From the IMG/VR virus record IMGVR_UViG_3300010342_000399: a stretch of 64,000 nucleotides of DNA; one strand, written 5' to 3'. Numbering within the stretch: the first letter of the stretch is position 1; each line of letters starts with the position of its first letter. The DNA is from an uncultured virus (IMG/VR IMGVR_UViG_3300010342_000399). Taxonomy: Duplodnaviria; Heunggongvirae; Uroviricota; Caudoviricetes. Shown here piece after piece: positions 50,575 to 60,673 of this stretch. A program made the translations under genes and the position numbers. The notes beneath the pieces were generated by a model. It was not told the origin of the DNA and did no database searches. It saw nothing but the letters and a program-made list of their open reading frames with translations.

Positions 50575-51562
50575 GTTCAGATAAAAATTCAGTTAAAATA
50601 TTCAATAAATTCGGATCATCATATTCTATTAAAGTACATCTAACAATTTTTTCCCCATCATCATCTTCAAATCCAATGTAATTTGTGGTGACACCTTCTT
50701 TAATTAGAAAATGGAATGGAATTCGTTTATTATAACAAATTTTATTAATCTCTATTAATGCGTTTGTTATTTCAATATTCTCTATTTTCATTATTTTTAT
50801 TTTAAATTTTTTATGAATTCTAAATTTATTATTAATTTGACGACATTCAGGATCATTTGAAATAGGTGAACATCGAAAAAAGTAAATATATTCGCCATCA
50901 TCAATTGATATATATTTAACGTTATTTCTATAATGTTCGCTATAATACAAATTAAACCAAAAATAATCTCCATCTATTTTTGGTTTGCTCAATTTATGTG
51001 ATTTATGTTGAACGCCATAAATTTTATCTGATAATACAATAAAATCAATCCCCTTATCCATATCTAAAATATTGCCTCTATATAAATTGAATTGATATCT
51101 AGTTGATTTATTTTTTTGATTGGCATGTAAAGTAAATATTGTGGATAACATTGATATTACACCATAATTCCATGTAAACTGAGTTATATAAAACAATTCA
51201 TTAAAAATGAATGAATTAGGATTAAGAATTTTGTCGCGAGAATTAATAAAATAATTTTCAAATAGTTTTTTAAATTTATTTAGATTGGTTTTATATAAAT
51301 CAAATGTCAATTTTTCTTGAAATTTATTATTAAAATAATTAATTAATAGGTTAATACATGAATAATTTGTATTTATTGTGTTTAGCCAAGACCAAATCCA
51401 TTGGTCTAAAATAAGTTGTAAAATGCCAATGTGACCATTTTTTTCATAATAATCAACGCGATATTTAGAGTTGTGACCAAAATTATATGACAAAATAACA
51501 TTTGTTATTATATCTTTTAATATCTTTTTATTTGTAATGATTTGAACTTCATTTATCGTCAT
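50558..51562 (-). CDS. Hypothetical protein, possible PD-(D/E)xK nuclease fold
   Basis: LDMDKGIDFIV...YGVQHKS. Very AT-rich and oriented opposite to its neighbours. Confidence 0.5.
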   Translation of the reverse strand: MTINEVQIITNKKILKDIITNVILSYNFGHNSKYRVDYYEKNGHIGILQLILDQWIWSWLNTINTNYSCINLLINYFNNKFQEKLTFDLYKTNLNKFKKLFENYFINSRDKILNPNSFIFNELFYITQFTWNYGVISMLSTIFTLHANQKNKSTRYQFNLYRGNILDMDKGIDFIVLSDKIYGVQHKSHKLSKPKIDGDYFWFNLYYSEHYRNNVKYISIDDGEYIYFFRCSPISNDPECRQINNKFRIHKKFKIKIMKIENIEITNALIEINKICYNKRIPFHFLIKEGVTTNYIGFEDDDGEKIVRCTLIEYDDPNLLNILTEFLSELKSID

Positions 51563-51601
51563 AATAATAAAATATACGATATTTATTAATAAAAATCAAA
51601 T

Positions 51602-52726
51602 ATGTCTGTAACAGTAATAAGCGGAGAAGAACGAGAAAAACTATTTACACAAGTTTTACATCTATTAGGCTCTCCAGTTCGTGGAATTGAATTAACTGAA
51701 GAACAAATGGACTCACTTTTAGAACTTGCAATATCAGAGTATGAACAATATGTTAATGATTGGTTAATTGAATCGCAATGGACATCATTAGCAAATATTA
51801 ATGTAGAAACACAATCTTTAGCAAGAGCATTTGTAACTAGGAATCTAGATTATATGACACAATATTCACACGCTTATTCAAAAATAGTGGGATTACAAGC
51901 TGGAGGTACATCAGAATTAAAAAAGGATATGTTTTATTTAGTTCCGGGGCAACAAATGTATCAAATTCCTGCTGGTAGAGAAATAAATGAATTATTATGG
52001 TTTACTAGAGCAGAATTAACCGATTCAATTATAGATCCATTTCTTGGTGGATTTGGTGGGCTTGGTGGAGTTGGATTTGGTGGCGTGGGTGGTTTTGCAC
52101 AAGTTGGAGTATCAGGATCTTATTTTATGTTGCCGGCATATGATCTTTTATTAAGAATGCAAGATAGAAATCTAAAAAATAGATTAATTGGTGGTGAATT
52201 AACTTATAGAATCACACATGGTCCAAATGGAACCAAGTGGATACATTTATATAATACACCTGGCGGCAGATTTGATTTCGGATCAATTAGAATGAACAAT
52301 TATGCTGTATGGTACTGGTATTATGATACTGAAATTGTAGATTCTTGTTTAGATAAAAGCAAATATAGTGATATAGCTAAATTACCATCAGATATTGATA
52401 CCGAAAAATTAACGTGGTCGACATTAAATGGACCTGCGCAGAATTGGGTAAGAAAATATTTTATATCATATTGTAAAGAAGCATTAGCAAGAATATGGGG
52501 TAAATTTTCGGGTGATTTACAAGTACCTGATAGTCAAATCAAATTAGATTATCAAACTTTATTAACAGAAGCGAAAGATGATAGAATAAAAATGGTTGAA
52601 GAATTAATAAATAGATTAGAAAGACTTCGACCGGATAAAATGCTTGAAAGAACCGCAAATGAAGCTAAATTTTTAAATGAAAGTATGAAATACAGACCAA
52701 TGGTTTATCCAATTCAAGTTATTTAA
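51602..52726 (+). CDS. Neck / head-tail adaptor protein (gp13-like)
   Basis: LGSPVRGIELTEEQMD...AISEY and WVRKYFISYCKEALARIWGKFSG...P...LDYQTLLTEA. Confidence 0.8.
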   Translation: MSVTVISGEEREKLFTQVLHLLGSPVRGIELTEEQMDSLLELAISEYEQYVNDWLIESQWTSLANINVETQSLARAFVTRNLDYMTQYSHAYSKIVGLQAGGTSELKKDMFYLVPGQQMYQIPAGREINELLWFTRAELTDSIIDPFLGGFGGLGGVGFGGVGGFAQVGVSGSYFMLPAYDLLLRMQDRNLKNRLIGGELTYRITHGPNGTKWIHLYNTPGGRFDFGSIRMNNYAVWYWYYDTEIVDSCLDKSKYSDIAKLPSDIDTEKLTWSTLNGPAQNWVRKYFISYCKEALARIWGKFSGDLQVPDSQIKLDYQTLLTEAKDDRIKMVEELINRLERLRPDKMLERTANEAKFLNESMKYRPMVYPIQVI

Positions 52727-52893
52727 TAATGTCATATTAACATTAAAATTGAAAATTTGAGAAAATTATCACCAAAAGAATTTGATTCTATATTCTAAAA
52801 AACGCTTTCAAAATTTTTAATCACAAAAATTTTATTTATATTTTAGTATTGAAAACTAATTACGGTTCATCTGTAAGTATAATATGTCATAAA

Positions 52894-55749
52894 ATGGAAA
52901 AAAAACTTATTTCTCAAGAGATTATTGAATCTTTTCTTAATGGTGCAGACTCCGAAGAATTTATCGTTAATATTGAATATGATTATAGAAGAAACATAAT
53001 CTATAAAATAATACAAGATCCTGTTAAAGGTAAAATTGTAAAACAGGATACTATTATTCCCTTTTTATGGGTAGGAGATCTAACTGAATTAAATTTTTAT
53101 CAAAAAAATAAAACCCTTCAAAAAGATAAGATATTAGAGCACGGTATTATAATAGAACCACTTAAAACATATGGAAATCAAAGATTAGAAAGAGGTTTAA
53201 AATATCTTGTTAAAAGTGTGAAAGGATATACTAATCTGTTAAATTTTTTTAAGCAAGGAGGTATAGATCCATGGAGTGATAAATACAAGGAATATTTTCA
53301 AATTTTATCAATTACTGAACAATATCTTATTCAAAAGAAAAAACGTCTGTTTAAAGGTATTGAAGATTATTCAGATATTCATAGATTTATGTTTGATATT
53401 GAAACCAGTGGTTTAAATCCTGAAGTTGATAAAATTATTCTTATTGGTGTAAAAGATAATCGTGGATTAAGGAAATTAATTGATGCCATTGGAAAAGATG
53501 GCGAAAAAGGTTGTATTCAAGAATTTTTTAATATCATTAAAGAAACCAAACCTACAATTATTGGTGGGCATAATTCAGCATCATTTGACTGGCCATTTAT
53601 TTTAAAACGTGCCGAGATATTAAAAATGAATATATACGAAATAACTCAAATTATATATCCTGAGCCAATTAAAGTTAAAGAAAGAATATTAAAACTCGCA
53701 AATGAAATTGAACCATATAATCAATATGTAATTTGGGGATTTAATATAATTGATACATCACATTCTGTTCGCAGAGCACAAGCAATTAATTCAGATATTA
53801 AGTCTTGGGGATTGAAATACATAGTAAAATACCTTGAAAAAGAAAAACCAAATCGAATATATATTGACGGTTCAAAAATTTCAAAAATATATATAGAAAA
53901 TGAAAGTTATTATGTTAATCCAAAATCTGGCGGATGGCGTAAAATTGGAGATCCGGGGACAGAAAATCTTTTAGAAAGATTTCCCGGAAAATATGAAATT
54001 TGGTCGGGTAGAAAACTTGTTGAACAATATCTTGATGATGACCTTTACGAAACCATGATAGTAGATGATTCATTTTGTCAATCAACATTTTTACTATCAA
54101 AATTAGTTCCAACAGCATATGAAAGAATAACCACAATGGGAACGGCAACATTATGGAAATTAATAATGTTAGCTTGGTCATATGAATATAATCTAGCAAT
54201 ACCTGAGAAAGATGAAAGAAGACCAATTACAGGCGGATTATCTAGATTATTAAAAGTAGGTTACTCTAAAAATATTGTAAAATTTGACTATACTTCTCTT
54301 TATCCATCAATACAATTGGCACATAATGTTTTTCCTGATTGTGATGTTATGGGAGCACAGAAAGCAATGTTAAAATATTTTCGTAATCTTCGTATAAATT
54401 ATAAAAGACTTAAAGAAGAAAATGAAAAAATAAATCCTGAATTATCTGAATATTATGATAGAAAACAACTTCCACTTAAAATTTTTATTAATGCATATTT
54501 TGGATCTTGTTCCGCCCCAAAAGTTTTTCATTGGGGAGATATGAATATTGGTGAAACTATTACATGTACTGGCCGACAATATCTTCGTATGACAATTATG
54601 TGGTTCATGAAAAAAGGATATGAACCAATTACAATGGATACTGATGGTATTTGTTTTGCGATTCCCAATGATGTTAATGAACATCAATATATTGGAAAAG
54701 GTAGTAATGAATTAGTTATTAAAGATAAAAAATATAATGGTGTTGAAGCTGATTGCGCAGAGTTTAATGATATATTTTTGAGAAATGAAATGGGACTAGA
54801 TATTGATTATATTGCGCAATCAATGGTTAATATTTCAAGAAAAAATTATATATTAAAAATAACTAAAAAGGGAAAAGAAAAAATAAAATTAACTGGCAAC
54901 ACTATTAAATCCAAAAAATTACCACAATATATTGTAGAATTTATGAATGATGGCTTTAATTTTTTATTAAATGGCGATGGTCAATCATTTATAAATTTAT
55001 ATTATTCATATATTGAAAAATTATATAATCATAAAATTCCTTTAGTAAAAATAGCAAATAAAGCTCGTGTAAAACAAACAATTGAAGATTATAAAAAATA
55101 TATTAAAAAAGTTACTAAATCAGGTTCACTTATGCCTAGACAAACTCATATGGAACTCATATGGAGAGATCAATATCCAGCAACATTAGGAGAAACAATA
55201 TATTATGTAAATAATGGCAATAAAAAATCATGTGGTGATGTAGAAAAAAACCGTAAAACTGGTGAAATTGATATTAATTGTTATATGATTAATGAATTTG
55301 ATATTTTAAATAATCCTGATATGACTGGTGAATATAATGTTGAAAAATACATTGGAAATTTTAATAAACGTATTGAACCATTACTTGTTGTATTTAATCC
55401 AGAAATAAGAAATGATATTTTAGTTACAAATCCTGAAAATAGACAATATTTAACATCATTACAATGTGAACTTGATCGCGGACATCCATTAAAATCTGAT
55501 GGTCAAGATAAATTAGATGAAATTTTAACTCTTTCTGATATGGAAGTATTGTTTTGGAATCGAATAAATATAGATCCATATTACATGTATGTGGAAGATA
55601 CTCTTTCGCTTGTTGACCAAGATTGGGTTAATCACAATCGAAAAGTCATGAAAAAAGAAGATAAAGGTATTATCAATAATAAAGAAGATGAAATAATTGA
55701 TAATGATGGTAGAGATTTAGCATATATCACGATACTGAAATTTAAATAA
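52894..55749 (+). CDS. polB: Family B DNA polymerase with 3'-5' exonuclease
   Basis: FDIETSG, GHNSASFDWPFI, FDYTSLYPS, KIFINAYFG, MDTDG and RKNY. The ATG at 52894 is preferred over the TTG at 52849. Confidence 0.95.
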   Translation: MEKKLISQEIIESFLNGADSEEFIVNIEYDYRRNIIYKIIQDPVKGKIVKQDTIIPFLWVGDLTELNFYQKNKTLQKDKILEHGIIIEPLKTYGNQRLERGLKYLVKSVKGYTNLLNFFKQGGIDPWSDKYKEYFQILSITEQYLIQKKKRLFKGIEDYSDIHRFMFDIETSGLNPEVDKIILIGVKDNRGLRKLIDAIGKDGEKGCIQEFFNIIKETKPTIIGGHNSASFDWPFILKRAEILKMNIYEITQIIYPEPIKVKERILKLANEIEPYNQYVIWGFNIIDTSHSVRRAQAINSDIKSWGLKYIVKYLEKEKPNRIYIDGSKISKIYIENESYYVNPKSGGWRKIGDPGTENLLERFPGKYEIWSGRKLVEQYLDDDLYETMIVDDSFCQSTFLLSKLVPTAYERITTMGTATLWKLIMLAWSYEYNLAIPEKDERRPITGGLSRLLKVGYSKNIVKFDYTSLYPSIQLAHNVFPDCDVMGAQKAMLKYFRNLRINYKRLKEENEKINPELSEYYDRKQLPLKIFINAYFGSCSAPKVFHWGDMNIGETITCTGRQYLRMTIMWFMKKGYEPITMDTDGICFAIPNDVNEHQYIGKGSNELVIKDKKYNGVEADCAEFNDIFLRNEMGLDIDYIAQSMVNISRKNYILKITKKGKEKIKLTGNTIKSKKLPQYIVEFMNDGFNFLLNGDGQSFINLYYSYIEKLYNHKIPLVKIANKARVKQTIEDYKKYIKKVTKSGSLMPRQTHMELIWRDQYPATLGETIYYVNNGNKKSCGDVEKNRKTGEIDINCYMINEFDILNNPDMTGEYNVEKYIGNFNKRIEPLLVVFNPEIRNDILVTNPENRQYLTSLQCELDRGHPLKSDGQDKLDEILTLSDMEVLFWNRINIDPYYMYVEDTLSLVDQDWVNHNRKVMKKEDKGIINNKEDEIIDNDGRDLAYITILKFK

Positions 55750-56110
55750 TATGTATATATAGTTTTTCTCTTATTGGAACAATTAATTTACTTGTATTAT
55801 TTCCAGACCCATCTTTAAATTGAATTATAAATTTACCTTCAAATTTTCCAGATTGCGATGTTTGTTCTTCGGTAAATCTATATGTAATATAGTACTCATC
55901 GGTTGTCTGATTGTATTTTTTCATTCTTAATGTTAATGAGCATTTTCCACCAAGAATTATGGGAGATCCGGTTTTAATATCAGTCATTTCAAATGTAATA
56001 TTTGAATTTTCCAATAAAGTATTATATGTGGATTTATCATTTTTTCCATCATCAATTAATCTCATTTTTAATATCGGGTCAGTTGCCCCTTGTCTAATAT
56101 AAAAGTCCAT
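55742..56110 (-). CDS. Small Ig-like/BppU-like virion protein
   Basis: FYIRQGATDPILKM...YRF...T...GKFEGKFIIQF...LIVP pattern. Confidence 0.5.
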   Translation of the reverse strand: MDFYIRQGATDPILKMRLIDDGKNDKSTYNTLLENSNITFEMTDIKTGSPIILGGKCSLTLRMKKYNQTTDEYYITYRFTEEQTSQSGKFEGKFIIQFKDGSGNNTSKLIVPIREKLYIHII

Positions 56111-56140
56111 ATCTTATAAGTTTTATATCATCATTATTAT

Positions 56141-58006
56141 TTATGTTATGGTATAAATTGATGCATTATTCCAATCATTATCATATGCACAATATCCACA
56201 TGATCCTGTTGACCATGTTGCATTATCACGTATTTCTAAAATAAAAGATTTATCTCGATATTGTGTTTCTATTAGATTGCTAGAAACCCATTCTTGATTT
56301 CCAATACATATTGTTTTGTACTTCATGCCATTATTACCAATATAAATTCCTGTTTGTCCATTTAATAATGTTGTTGTATCTTTAATTAATCTTATTGATA
56401 ATCCAAAATTAATTCTTTTAGTAGTTAATGAAAAAATTTCATCCAAGTTATTTAAAACCACAACGTAATAAGTATTGTTTATACGAGATATAGAACATGT
56501 CCAAAAATATCCAAAATTACGAAAATCTAAAAAGTCACCATCTGTATTCCTTAATCCACCACCTCTCCCATTAAATTTACTTAAATTTGTTGCATCTCTA
56601 TTTGGCGCATTCCAATAAAATAAACCTATTTCTTTTGCCGATCCGCCAGAATTCCCATACATTGAAATAAGATTATTAAATAAGATATTAAAATCATCAA
56701 TTGTTGGTACATGGAATCCCGGTGCTGCGATATTTCTATGATTATCTATAACACAACCATTATATAGTAAACCATATACTACTGGGGGATCTAATCTAAG
56801 ATTTGGGGTGCATATTTTTTCACATTCTGAAATATCATAATGTTTTTTTGTTCGTGTTAAATACCGATTATGAAGGTATACATAATCCATTACATCTTCA
56901 AAATATGCTGCATATTTAATGATATAACAAAATATTCCTGCGTGTTGTCCATTTGAACCATTTACGCCGCCGCCAATAACATGAGTAAATGGTTGATATC
57001 CTCTATTCGATAAAATAACATCTTCCCAGTTTTTTATTTTATAGACTAATCTAGCATTATGATATATTTTTAATGTACCTAATCTTTTATATCGATTATT
57101 ATTCCATTTGCTATTTAATTTTTCTGTCGTACCCGATATAATTAAATCACCCCATCCACCTTCATTAGATAAATCACATTCATCATTATTATCATATATA
57201 TTATTTTTTTCAAATGTAATTGTTATATTAAAGTCATTTATTGTACCATTAGTACATAAGGCATTTTCCGTTTTACCAGAATCAACATAATACATAGCTG
57301 TATAGCCAGAAACCGAATTACAATATCCTGAATATCTATATGCTACCCATTGAATTTTTCCGTCTGTTGTAAATCGAAAAGACAATCCATTATCTGCAAA
57401 ATTTTCTACATCATATTCATCTCTTACGCCTTTAAACCAAAATACGCTTTCAGACCAATTTTCGTCTCCGTTTTTATTAAAAATAAAATCAAGAGTCCAT
57501 CCTTTTAATACATTTCTAGCAAGAAAATCATCACAGTTATCAGAACCACCGCCTTCATTAGTGATAAGAACTATTGGTACTTTGTTACAAATTTTTTGCA
57601 CCGGACAACAAATTTCTGTTAAATTACTTAATTGTTCAGCACAACGAATAATATTACTTGTAAATCCATCAATTACTTCTTGTTCTGTTAATGGACTAAG
57701 TAAAGGATCAATAAATGGTATTATATCTTCATGATATTCAACAATTTGAAAATAATGCGTTTCACCAGTAATTCCCGTATAAATAAAAATATCATTATTT
57801 AAAATAACATTCGAATACATATGGTCTGATGTATCAAAATGTGAACAAAAATTGCTATAAATTAGGTGTAAAGTTAAACCAGAATATATATATTCAGTAT
57901 CATTAATAATATTATTATACTCAATTAAATGAATGATATTATAATTACAAATATTATCAGTTATTCCTGTTAATTCATATATTGGTTCTGCGGTAAATGT
58001 TGACAT
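56141..58006 (-). CDS. Virion-associated protein with a lectin/LamG-like middle region and a C-terminal FISUMP (Fibrobacter succinogenes major paralogous) domain
   Basis: YGLLYN...APGFHVPT..DF, ATNLSKF...GGG.R, YFWT and FGLSIRLIKD, followed by YKTICIGNQEW...NL. Confidence 0.7.
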   Translation of the reverse strand: MSTFTAEPIYELTGITDNICNYNIIHLIEYNNIINDTEYIYSGLTLHLIYSNFCSHFDTSDHMYSNVILNNDIFIYTGITGETHYFQIVEYHEDIIPFIDPLLSPLTEQEVIDGFTSNIIRCAEQLSNLTEICCPVQKICNKVPIVLITNEGGGSDNCDDFLARNVLKGWTLDFIFNKNGDENWSESVFWFKGVRDEYDVENFADNGLSFRFTTDGKIQWVAYRYSGYCNSVSGYTAMYYVDSGKTENALCTNGTINDFNITITFEKNNIYDNNDECDLSNEGGWGDLIISGTTEKLNSKWNNNRYKRLGTLKIYHNARLVYKIKNWEDVILSNRGYQPFTHVIGGGVNGSNGQHAGIFCYIIKYAAYFEDVMDYVYLHNRYLTRTKKHYDISECEKICTPNLRLDPPVVYGLLYNGCVIDNHRNIAAPGFHVPTIDDFNILFNNLISMYGNSGGSAKEIGLFYWNAPNRDATNLSKFNGRGGGLRNTDGDFLDFRNFGYFWTCSISRINNTYYVVVLNNLDEIFSLTTKRINFGLSIRLIKDTTTLLNGQTGIYIGNNGMKYKTICIGNQEWVSSNLIETQYRDKSFILEIRDNATWSTGSCGYCAYDNDWNNASIYTIT

Positions 58007-58026
58007 AATTATAAATAGTTTTATTA

Positions 58027-58224
58027 TTATTTACCATTAGTATATTGTGGTACATAATCAATAGTATTATCACCTAAAGTATAATCATAATATTCAGAAT
58101 AATCTAATATAATATCAATTTTACCTAAGATATTATCTACTAGTTCATAATCATAATATTCTGAGAAATCTAAGGTAATATCTAACTTTATTGTACCGTG
58201 TTTTAAAATATCCTGTGTATTCAT
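58027..58224 (-). CDS. Small protein with a duplicated motif
   Basis: ATG at 58224. KLDITLDFSEYYDYEL and KIDIILDYSEYYDYTL. Confidence 0.65.
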   Translation of the reverse strand: MNTQDILKHGTIKLDITLDFSEYYDYELVDNILGKIDIILDYSEYYDYTLGDNTIDYVPQYTNGK

Positions 58225-58285
58225 ATTTAATAAATATCTTATAATATCTTTCACATAATTGGATATTTATATAAAAACTATTATA

Positions 58286-59053
58286 ATGGATAATTTCGTT
58301 AAACAAGTTATTGAAGAAAAATTTGCATCTAAAAAACAACAAAGATATTTTTATGCAAAAGCAAATGATAAGTCTTTACCTAAAAAAGAAAGAAAAAAAT
58401 GGAAAAAATGGTCAGAAGAATTTTCTGATAAAACAGATTTTACTAAATTGCCCGAAAAGGCTGAAGAACAATTAAATCCAGAAAATGAAATTGAAGAAAT
58501 TGTTGACTTTAATGGAAATATAAAATATGGCAACAAACCCGGTAATCTCAATGGATTTATCAGATCTAAAAAAACATCTGACGAAGTTGTATCTGCAACA
58601 ATGGGGCAAATGGGAACTTTTGGTATTTTAGGCGGTCCCACAAATGCCAGTAAAACATTAAAATATTGGGCAGAATCTGATATGAGTAAAGCACTTGGTG
58701 CTGATGAAACAATTGCAGATCCAGATACGAATTATAATGACGCTGTGGACACTTTTCAAGACAAATTAGATGTTCCTGAAGATGAGGCAAAAGAAAGAGC
58801 AAAACAAATGGGATATGATCCTCAATTACCTGATGGAAAAATAAGATTAATTGAAAATCCATTAAATTATATTAATGAATATTTAACCAAAAAAACAAAA
58901 AGAAGTGAACTTGTAAAAAAAAGTAATAATAATATTGATAAAAAAACTATTAATCCAATAATTAGAAGACAGTTGAAATCAATAAAGCAAACATTAAAAA
59001 ATAATAATTTAAGTCTTCAAGACATAACTGAATATTTAGAAGACGATGAATAG
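58286..59053 (+). CDS. Hypothetical protein, probable head-associated
   Basis: ATG at 58286 just after TATTTAT. EEKFASKKQQRYFYA motif. Confidence 0.75.
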   Translation: MDNFVKQVIEEKFASKKQQRYFYAKANDKSLPKKERKKWKKWSEEFSDKTDFTKLPEKAEEQLNPENEIEEIVDFNGNIKYGNKPGNLNGFIRSKKTSDEVVSATMGQMGTFGILGGPTNASKTLKYWAESDMSKALGADETIADPDTNYNDAVDTFQDKLDVPEDEAKERAKQMGYDPQLPDGKIRLIENPLNYINEYLTKKTKRSELVKKSNNNIDKKTINPIIRRQLKSIKQTLKNNNLSLQDITEYLEDDE

Positions 59054-59543
59054 TGAATTAAAAGATAGAGTTTTTAATATTCGGCCCGATATTTTGGACT
59101 TTTTAAAAAAACAAAAAGAAATTCCTGGATTAAAAAGAAATAAAAATCTTCTTGAAAAAGGACAAGTAACGTATGGCCAATTAAAAAGAATATTACATGA
59201 TTTAAAAAAAATAAATAAATTTAAAGATCTAGATAAATATAATTATTATGGTGGTGATTTAATGAAAAATTGGGGAATAATGATATTAACCAACGAACGA
59301 AATTTAATTCGAGATAGAAAAGAATCAGAAAAAATTGCAAATGATATTGCAGGACTAAATGGTATTAGAAAAAATTCTTTTATTAGGCGACACTCAAAAA
59401 ATACTTTATCACCGAGAATTTCAGTAAATAATATCGTTAAACCAAAATCTAATTCGGAAAAATTTACTAATTCTTCAATGTTTTCAGCTAAATCAATGAA
59501 ATTATTTGAACAAATAAATAGAATTAAAAAATTAATGCTATAA
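59046..59543 (+). CDS. Basic hypothetical protein
   Basis: Overlaps the upstream stop codon and ends LFEQINRIKKLML. Confidence 0.75.
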   Translation: MNSELKDRVFNIRPDILDFLKKQKEIPGLKRNKNLLEKGQVTYGQLKRILHDLKKINKFKDLDKYNYYGGDLMKNWGIMILTNERNLIRDRKESEKIANDIAGLNGIRKNSFIRRHSKNTLSPRISVNNIVKPKSNSEKFTNSSMFSAKSMKLFEQINRIKKLML

Positions 59544-60673
59544 TGCCAACAATTTTAGAAACAATAGCAAATCAACAAAGAACTGAGCATTTATCTCGTA
59601 ATTATTATGATTATGATAATGAATATTCATCAAGTCATAAAAATGCACTTTCAACCGGCGATGAAAAAGGTAAGGGTCAAGTTGGTGATACCGGTCCAGT
59701 TGGTGGTTTAACAGATATTAATACAAGAACTGATAACTTAGGAAGAAATTATTATGATCCAAATAATCCATACGGGCCAACACACTCAAATGCACTTTCA
59801 ACTGGCGATGAAAAAGGTAAGGGTCAAGTTGGTGATACCGGTCCAGTTGGTGGCTTAACTGATATTAATACAAGAAATGATAATATGAGCCGAAACCTTT
59901 ATAAACTACTTGATCAATATAGTTCAATACACAAAAACGCTATATCAGATGGTGATGAAAAAGGTAAAGGACAACTTGGTGATACCGGTCCAGTTGGTGG
60001 GTTAACCGATATTAATACAAGAAATGATAATGTGGCTAGGAACATTTATAGTCCATTTGATCAATATAGTTCAACACACAAAAATGCCATATCAGATGGT
60101 GATGAAAAAGGTAAGGGACAAGTTGGTGATACCGGTCCAGTTGGTGGATTAACCGATATTAATACAAGAAGTGATAATCTAGCTAGAAATCTTTATAATT
60201 TATCTGATCAATATAGTTCGACGCATAAAAATGCCATATCAGATGGTGATGAAAAAGGTAAGGGCCAAGTTGGTGATACCGGTCCAGTTGGTGGGTTAAC
60301 CGATATTAATACAAGAAATGATAATATGGGTAGAAATTATTATAACCCATTTGATCAATATAGTTCGACACATAAAAATGCTATATCAGATGGTGATGAA
60401 AAAGGTAAAGGACAACTTGATGATACCGGTCCAGTTGGTGGATTAACTGATATTAATACTAGAGATGATAATTTAGGTAGAAATTATTATCGCCCATTTA
60501 ATGAATATAGTTCAAGACATAAAAACGCCATATCAGATGGTGATGAAAAAGGTAAAGGACAAATTGATGATACGGGGTCGGTTGGTGGTTTAACTGATAT
60601 TAATACAAGAATTGATAATACAGGTAGAAATAAATTTAAATTAACACACACATATCCAGATTTTGAATATTAA
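59543..60673 (+). CDS. Repeat protein made of seven 49-aa units
   Basis: TAATG translational coupling on both sides. The unit is RNxY...YSSxHKNA(L/I)S(T/D)GDEKGKGQ(V/L)GDTGPVGGLTDINTR. Confidence 0.9.
   Translation: MPTILETIANQQRTEHLSRNYYDYDNEYSSSHKNALSTGDEKGKGQVGDTGPVGGLTDINTRTDNLGRNYYDPNNPYGPTHSNALSTGDEKGKGQVGDTGPVGGLTDINTRNDNMSRNLYKLLDQYSSIHKNAISDGDEKGKGQLGDTGPVGGLTDINTRNDNVARNIYSPFDQYSSTHKNAISDGDEKGKGQVGDTGPVGGLTDINTRSDNLARNLYNLSDQYSSTHKNAISDGDEKGKGQVGDTGPVGGLTDINTRNDNMGRNYYNPFDQYSSTHKNAISDGDEKGKGQLDDTGPVGGLTDINTRDDNLGRNYYRPFNEYSSRHKNAISDGDEKGKGQIDDTGSVGGLTDINTRIDNTGRNKFKLTHTYPDFEY
59597..60630 (+). repeat. Seven tandem 147-bp coding repeats
   Basis: GATGAAAAAGGTAA recurs at 59660, 59807, 59954, 60101, 60248, 60395 and 60542 (period 147). 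Confidence 0.95.

Noticed and set aside
52849..52893. TTG-initiated N-terminal extension of the DNA polymerase
   Set aside because: The ATG at 52894 follows an A-rich leader like other genes here, and the extension looks like intergenic sequence.
59597..60630. CRISPR-like or non-coding repeat array
   Set aside because: The 147-bp period is in frame in a long ORF, and variation in the core is largely synonymous.
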